Shown here: piece by piece, positions 59,611 through 64,000 of the stretch | How positions within the stretch are numbered: the first letter of the stretch is position 1 | Layout of the letters: each line of letters begins with the position of its first letter | Assembly (NCBI RefSeq): GCF_009914755.1 | Contig: NC_060926.1 | Direction: 5' to 3' (one strand) | Source of the DNA: the human T2T-CHM13v2.0 reference genome, Homo sapiens | DNA length: 64,000 bases | Made by a program: the position numbers and the translations under genes | Notes under the pieces: model-generated | Told to the model about the DNA's origin: nothing | What the model saw: only the letters and a program-made list of their open reading frames with translations | The model's database searches: none

Positions 59611-59754
59611 ATATTAATTTTCAGTTTTATTTAATGTTATTCTAATGTTATTATCATTAACAGGCATTTATACCTAGATTAAAAAATAATTTTGCGCCAC
59701 AAGAATGGGAAAAAAATGTTTAAGGAGATTGGTAGATATCTGAAAATAGAGATT

Positions 59755-60314
59755 ATGGAAGGCAGCTTCAGAAATAGCCCCCAAGTATGCCCTCCACCCC
59801 CTCCTGATACTTATGTCCTTATGTCATCACCTCCCCCATGAGTGTAGGCTAGACTTAGAAGTTCATAACAAATAAAATGTGGCAAAAGTTATGGAAAATC
59901 ATTTTTAAGATTAGGCTAAAAAACTGTGAATTTCCTCTTGTTCTCATTCTATTTTGCTCCTCACTTTCTCAGTCTGATGAAACAACCTGCAATGTTTTTA
60001 ATTACCCTTTGAAGAAGCCCACAGGCAGAGAACTAAGGGAAGCCAAGAATAAAGGGTCTCAGCCCAAAATTCATGAGAAAACAAATCCTGGCAACATCCG
60101 TGTAAGTAACTTTGAAAGCAGATCCTTTCCTGGTACAGCCTTGATACAATGCCCTAGTCAACACCTTGATTAAAGTCTTATGAGAGATTTTGAGACCCAG
60201 AGGACCCAGTCAAGCCAAGCCCACATTCCTGACCCACCTAAAGTATAGGATTATGGTTTTTTAAACCACTAATTTCTGGATTGTTTTGTTGTACCAACAT
60301 AGAAAACTAATACA
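59755..60314 (+). mobile_element. MaLR solo LTR (MLT1F-like)
   Basis: 'ctccccatgagtgtaggctagactta', 'gaagcccacaggcagagaactaaggg', 'cagaggacccagtcaagcc...ttcctgacccac'; ends 'aactaataca'. Confidence 0.75.
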
Positions 60315-60473
60315 TGACAAATGCTACTGAGAGAGACAAAAATAGAAGTGCTTACAGATTATGAGAAAGTTCTAAGAAGGCAATAATCTACAAGGGCAAG
60401 GAAACAGATAGAAATGATACTTTTAAATGTACAACTCAGTGTGTTCTTGAAGTTAGAAGTTATTGATGTTCAT

Positions 60474-60760
60474 GGCCAGGCCGGGTGCCTCATGCCTGTA
60501 ATCCTAGCACTTTGGGAAGCTGAGGTGGGAGGATTGCTTGAGTACAGGAGTTTGAGACTATCCTGGGCAAAATAGTGAAACCTCATCTCTACAAAAAATA
60601 AAAAACAAAACAAAACAAAACAAAAATGAGACAGGAGGGTCACTAGAGCCCAGGAGTTCAAGGCTGCAGTAAGCAGTGATAACATCATGGCACTCCCACT
60701 TGGGATACAGAGCAAGACACTGCCTCAAAAAAAAAAAAAAAAAAAAAGAAGAAGAAGAAG
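60474..60760 (+). mobile_element. AluJ with partial right-arm deletion and A/(GAA)n tail
   Basis: 'gggaggattgcttgag', 'gagcccaggagttcaaggctgcagt'; TSD ttattgatgttca at 60460-60472 and 60768-60780. Confidence 0.94.
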
Positions 60761-61635
60761 AGAAAGTTTATTGATGTTCAGAATTTTCTGAAGAAACCAA
60801 AAAACAGCTAGGATTCACTTTAAACACTTTTTTTTTTTGTGATACCTTCTAGTGTCAACATGAAGCAACTTGCATTTTTTCTTTCTCAGAGCAAACTAGC
60901 TCTCAATCTAGCTTATGAAAATAGAGGTTATTTTTAACATCTACATGTAGCATGTGTGTTTAGGTTTTTGAAGCTGTGGAATAGGAAAGAATGAAAAGGA
61001 CTGAAACAGCTTTCTCAGTCATTTGTAGAGATGCAATTTTAGATGGTTATTCTCACTCCAGTTTCAGAGTGAACACTGGGGCTATGAAGCAACATTTGTA
61101 CTGCATGAATCTTACAGGAGAAAATAGAGATTTTGCCAATTGCCAAGAATCTACATTAGCCAATCACATAACATGATTAGCCAATTCCATTAATCTCAAA
61201 TGCCACTAAATACACTGTAAATCCTTAGCTGAGTTACTTATCTTCTCTGGGTTTTTCTGATCCCAGTTTGACTAGCCATCTTTACTGATGAGTAAGCAAA
61301 GCTTCCTTTACTTTGAAATGTGTGTGATTCTAGATATAAACATTTGCAAGTGACAAAACAATTTATTTCTCTAGGTTCAGTGGCTGATCAACAGTTTGTT
61401 TTCTACAATTTAATTGCTTAGCATTTAGGAGATAGCTCCATCTGAATGTGCTTTCTAATCTCTGCTTCCCCATAAATTGGGAATTAGACAAAGTACTTCA
61501 CTAGCTTCACAGTGTGATCAGCATGATGAAATTACTCAGAAGGCATGGGTCCAATTCTGGTGACATTTCGCCAATATATACACACTACAAAGGTAAATAA
61601 TTGAATCAGTGTATAAATGAAAAGTATTGTGCATC

Positions 61636-61825
61636 TGTGCTGTTCAAAATTGGCACATGTGAATATTAACATTTAAATTAAAATCAAATTAAATTAAATA
61701 TTTAATTTCTCAGTCACATGAAACATAATTTAAATGCTCAATAGCCACATGGGTTTAGAGGCTACCAAATTGGACTGCACAGATACAGAACATTTGCATC
61801 ATCACAGGCAATTCTATTCTAGAAA
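61636..61825 (-). mobile_element. MER3/MER33 (hAT-Charlie)
   Basis: 'aaatgctcaatagccacatg...ggctaccaaattggactgcacagatacagaacatt...catcatcacag'. Confidence 0.75.
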
Positions 61826-63514
61826 ACTTCTTTAGACATTATCCTCTGATTTTCCCACCTTGAAAATCCAGCTGAAATTCCCTGCCTACTTCACAATGTA
61901 GGTGTAATGATCAAATGTCATAATCAATGTATATATGGATATATATATGGATGTGTGTACATATGTATAGTTATGATAATAATATGCCTATATATGCATA
62001 TATGCCTATATACATATACATATGACACGCCTATATACATGTATACATATATGCATATATAGACATATTATTATCATTATTTTTCCATTGTTTTATCTTT
62101 TTTATCAAGCAAAATATAAAACTTCTGGATGAATATATAGTACTATTCCCAGAGGCAAATATGCCAGCATATATAAATGTGTTTGCAAAAATGTTTTATA
62201 TTTACACCCATAAATTACTATTTTTAATACTTTCAAAATCACATTTTCACCTCTGTGATCTATGCAATTTTTACTTCATTTTCTAAATAAGGATGAGGTC
62301 TGTTTGTTATTAATTATATTGAATGAGGTCACATAACATTTTGTTTAACAGAAGTGCAGAAGTGTGTTATAGGTTGTTTTAGTACTATAGTAAACACTTG
62401 ACAATACACCAGAAATCTTAATAAGATATGAATGATTTAATAAGATATGAATAACTATACAAGGAAAGCAAAATATAACTTCACAAGGAGTGAGGAATAT
62501 GTAATGTATAGAGTTGAGTACCTGCAGTTTTTATTCAGTTAAAACTTGGTGTAGGTGAATTGAAGGATCACAAAACCACACTACCATATGACTTACTGAA
62601 ACATTTTCTCTTTTTTTGTTACATACATGAAAAAACCGTCTCTCTATTTTCTAGTTTCTAGTAATGTTGTCTCCTAGACAGGTGCTTTAGAAATAATAGG
62701 CCTATTTGTTCTTTATACCTTGCACTCAGAACAGAACTACTTTGCTGAATTCATTGCCATTTTGAAGATACTGTACCTGAAAGTTACAAACTACCTAATA
62801 ACTCTAAATTGACTCTTATTTTTCATAACTTAGTTGCTCACCACAGCTCCCTGTGCTCATTACTCTGCCAACATCTGTGATTGCTAAGAGGTTGGAGAGA
62901 AAATTTTGAGCAACAGAAAAATGTCATATTGTTCTTCCAATAATACGTGCCTAGGAAATACTAAAGAAAAACTATTAGGCCTATGTCTATAATAAAAGAA
63001 GTTTCACATAAAAATAGAGGTGAATTAGTATTTTGCAATTGCACTTTTATATTTAGTTCTTCATGTAAATGCAATTGATGATTTTAAAATTATGACATTG
63101 TTTATATTAATGATGTTTAATAATATGGTATATGATATTAATAATATTAATATATTATTAGTATATCATTTTAAGACTTTATATTACTTAGAGAATGTTT
63201 TCCTTTGTAAGCTGGTTATACTAGTACACCAGAATAATGATTATTAGACATTCAGATATAACCTGTAAAAATTACTGCAAAATTTTCATGTATTATGTTA
63301 CATAAATATGTATATATTAATTTATATACACATAAACTGATTTCAGCTGTTCTTATGAATATATAAATGTATATATATGCATTCATGTTTATAATAATAT
63401 ATGAATACAAAATAATTGTGTGTTTTATGTGAGTATATGTGTGTTTGTATATGTTTTTAATATGTGTGTATGTATATTCAGTTGCAAATTAAAATATGAA
63501 CACAAAATCAGTAT

Positions 63515-64000
63515 ATTTTGAAACAATAAAATAGATATAAATCTAACAAAACATGTACAAGATGTGAAGAAAACTGCAAATTCTGATTAATAAAATCAAA
63601 CAAGAACTAAATAAATGCAGAGATATTCCATGTTTATGGACAGAAAGACTTGATATTGTCAAGATGTCAGTTCTTCCCAAATGATATATAAATTCAATGT
63701 AATGCCAATCAAAATCCCAGAAGCTTATTTTGTAGATATAAACAAACTAACTCTAAAGTTTATACAGACAGATAAAAGACACTGAATAGCCAACACAATA
63801 TTGAAGGAGAAGAACAAATTTGGAGTTCTGACACTATCTCATTTCAAAACTTACCATAGAGTTATAGCAATCGTGACAGTATGGTACTGGCAAAATAATC
63901 GATAAATAGACCAATGAAACAGAACAGAAAACCCTGAAATAGACGCACATAATTATAGTCAACTGATCTTTGACAAAGGAACAAAGACAATATAATGGAG
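63515..64000 (+). mobile_element. L1M ORF2 fragment, runs off the window end
   Basis: 'gagatattccatgtttatgg', 'gtcaagatgtcagttcttcccaa', 'atggtactggcaaaa', 'aactgatctttgacaaagga'. Confidence 0.85.

Overview
AT-rich, CpG-poor primate genomic DNA, very likely human or great ape given AluY and L1PA2. It has no CpG island and no recognisable cellular gene, and reads as intergenic or deep intronic. The window is dominated by interspersed repeats: 13 Alus, a near-full-length 5'-truncated L1PA4-like element (35012-40625) with disrupted ORF1/ORF2, a young L1PA2-like 3' fragment, older L1PA/L1M pieces, MaLR/ERVL LTRs, DNA-transposon relics (MADE1, Tigger3, MER53, MER58, MER3, MER81, MER5), L2 and MIR. 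Subfamily names come from remembered consensus motifs, not a RepeatMasker run, and boundaries of old repeats are approximate. I found no new gene system. The most interesting structures are: (1) several (TA)n tracts containing templated, mostly inverted copies of neighbouring unique sequence, suggesting recurrent template switching; (2) a 41-bp candidate 3' transduction inside the target-site duplication (TSD) of the large L1; (3) a twin-priming-type 5' inversion in an old L1MB-like element; (4) a young L1 with no TSD and a junction hairpin; (5) a 195-nt candidate exon and a homeodomain-motif-rich candidate enhancer.
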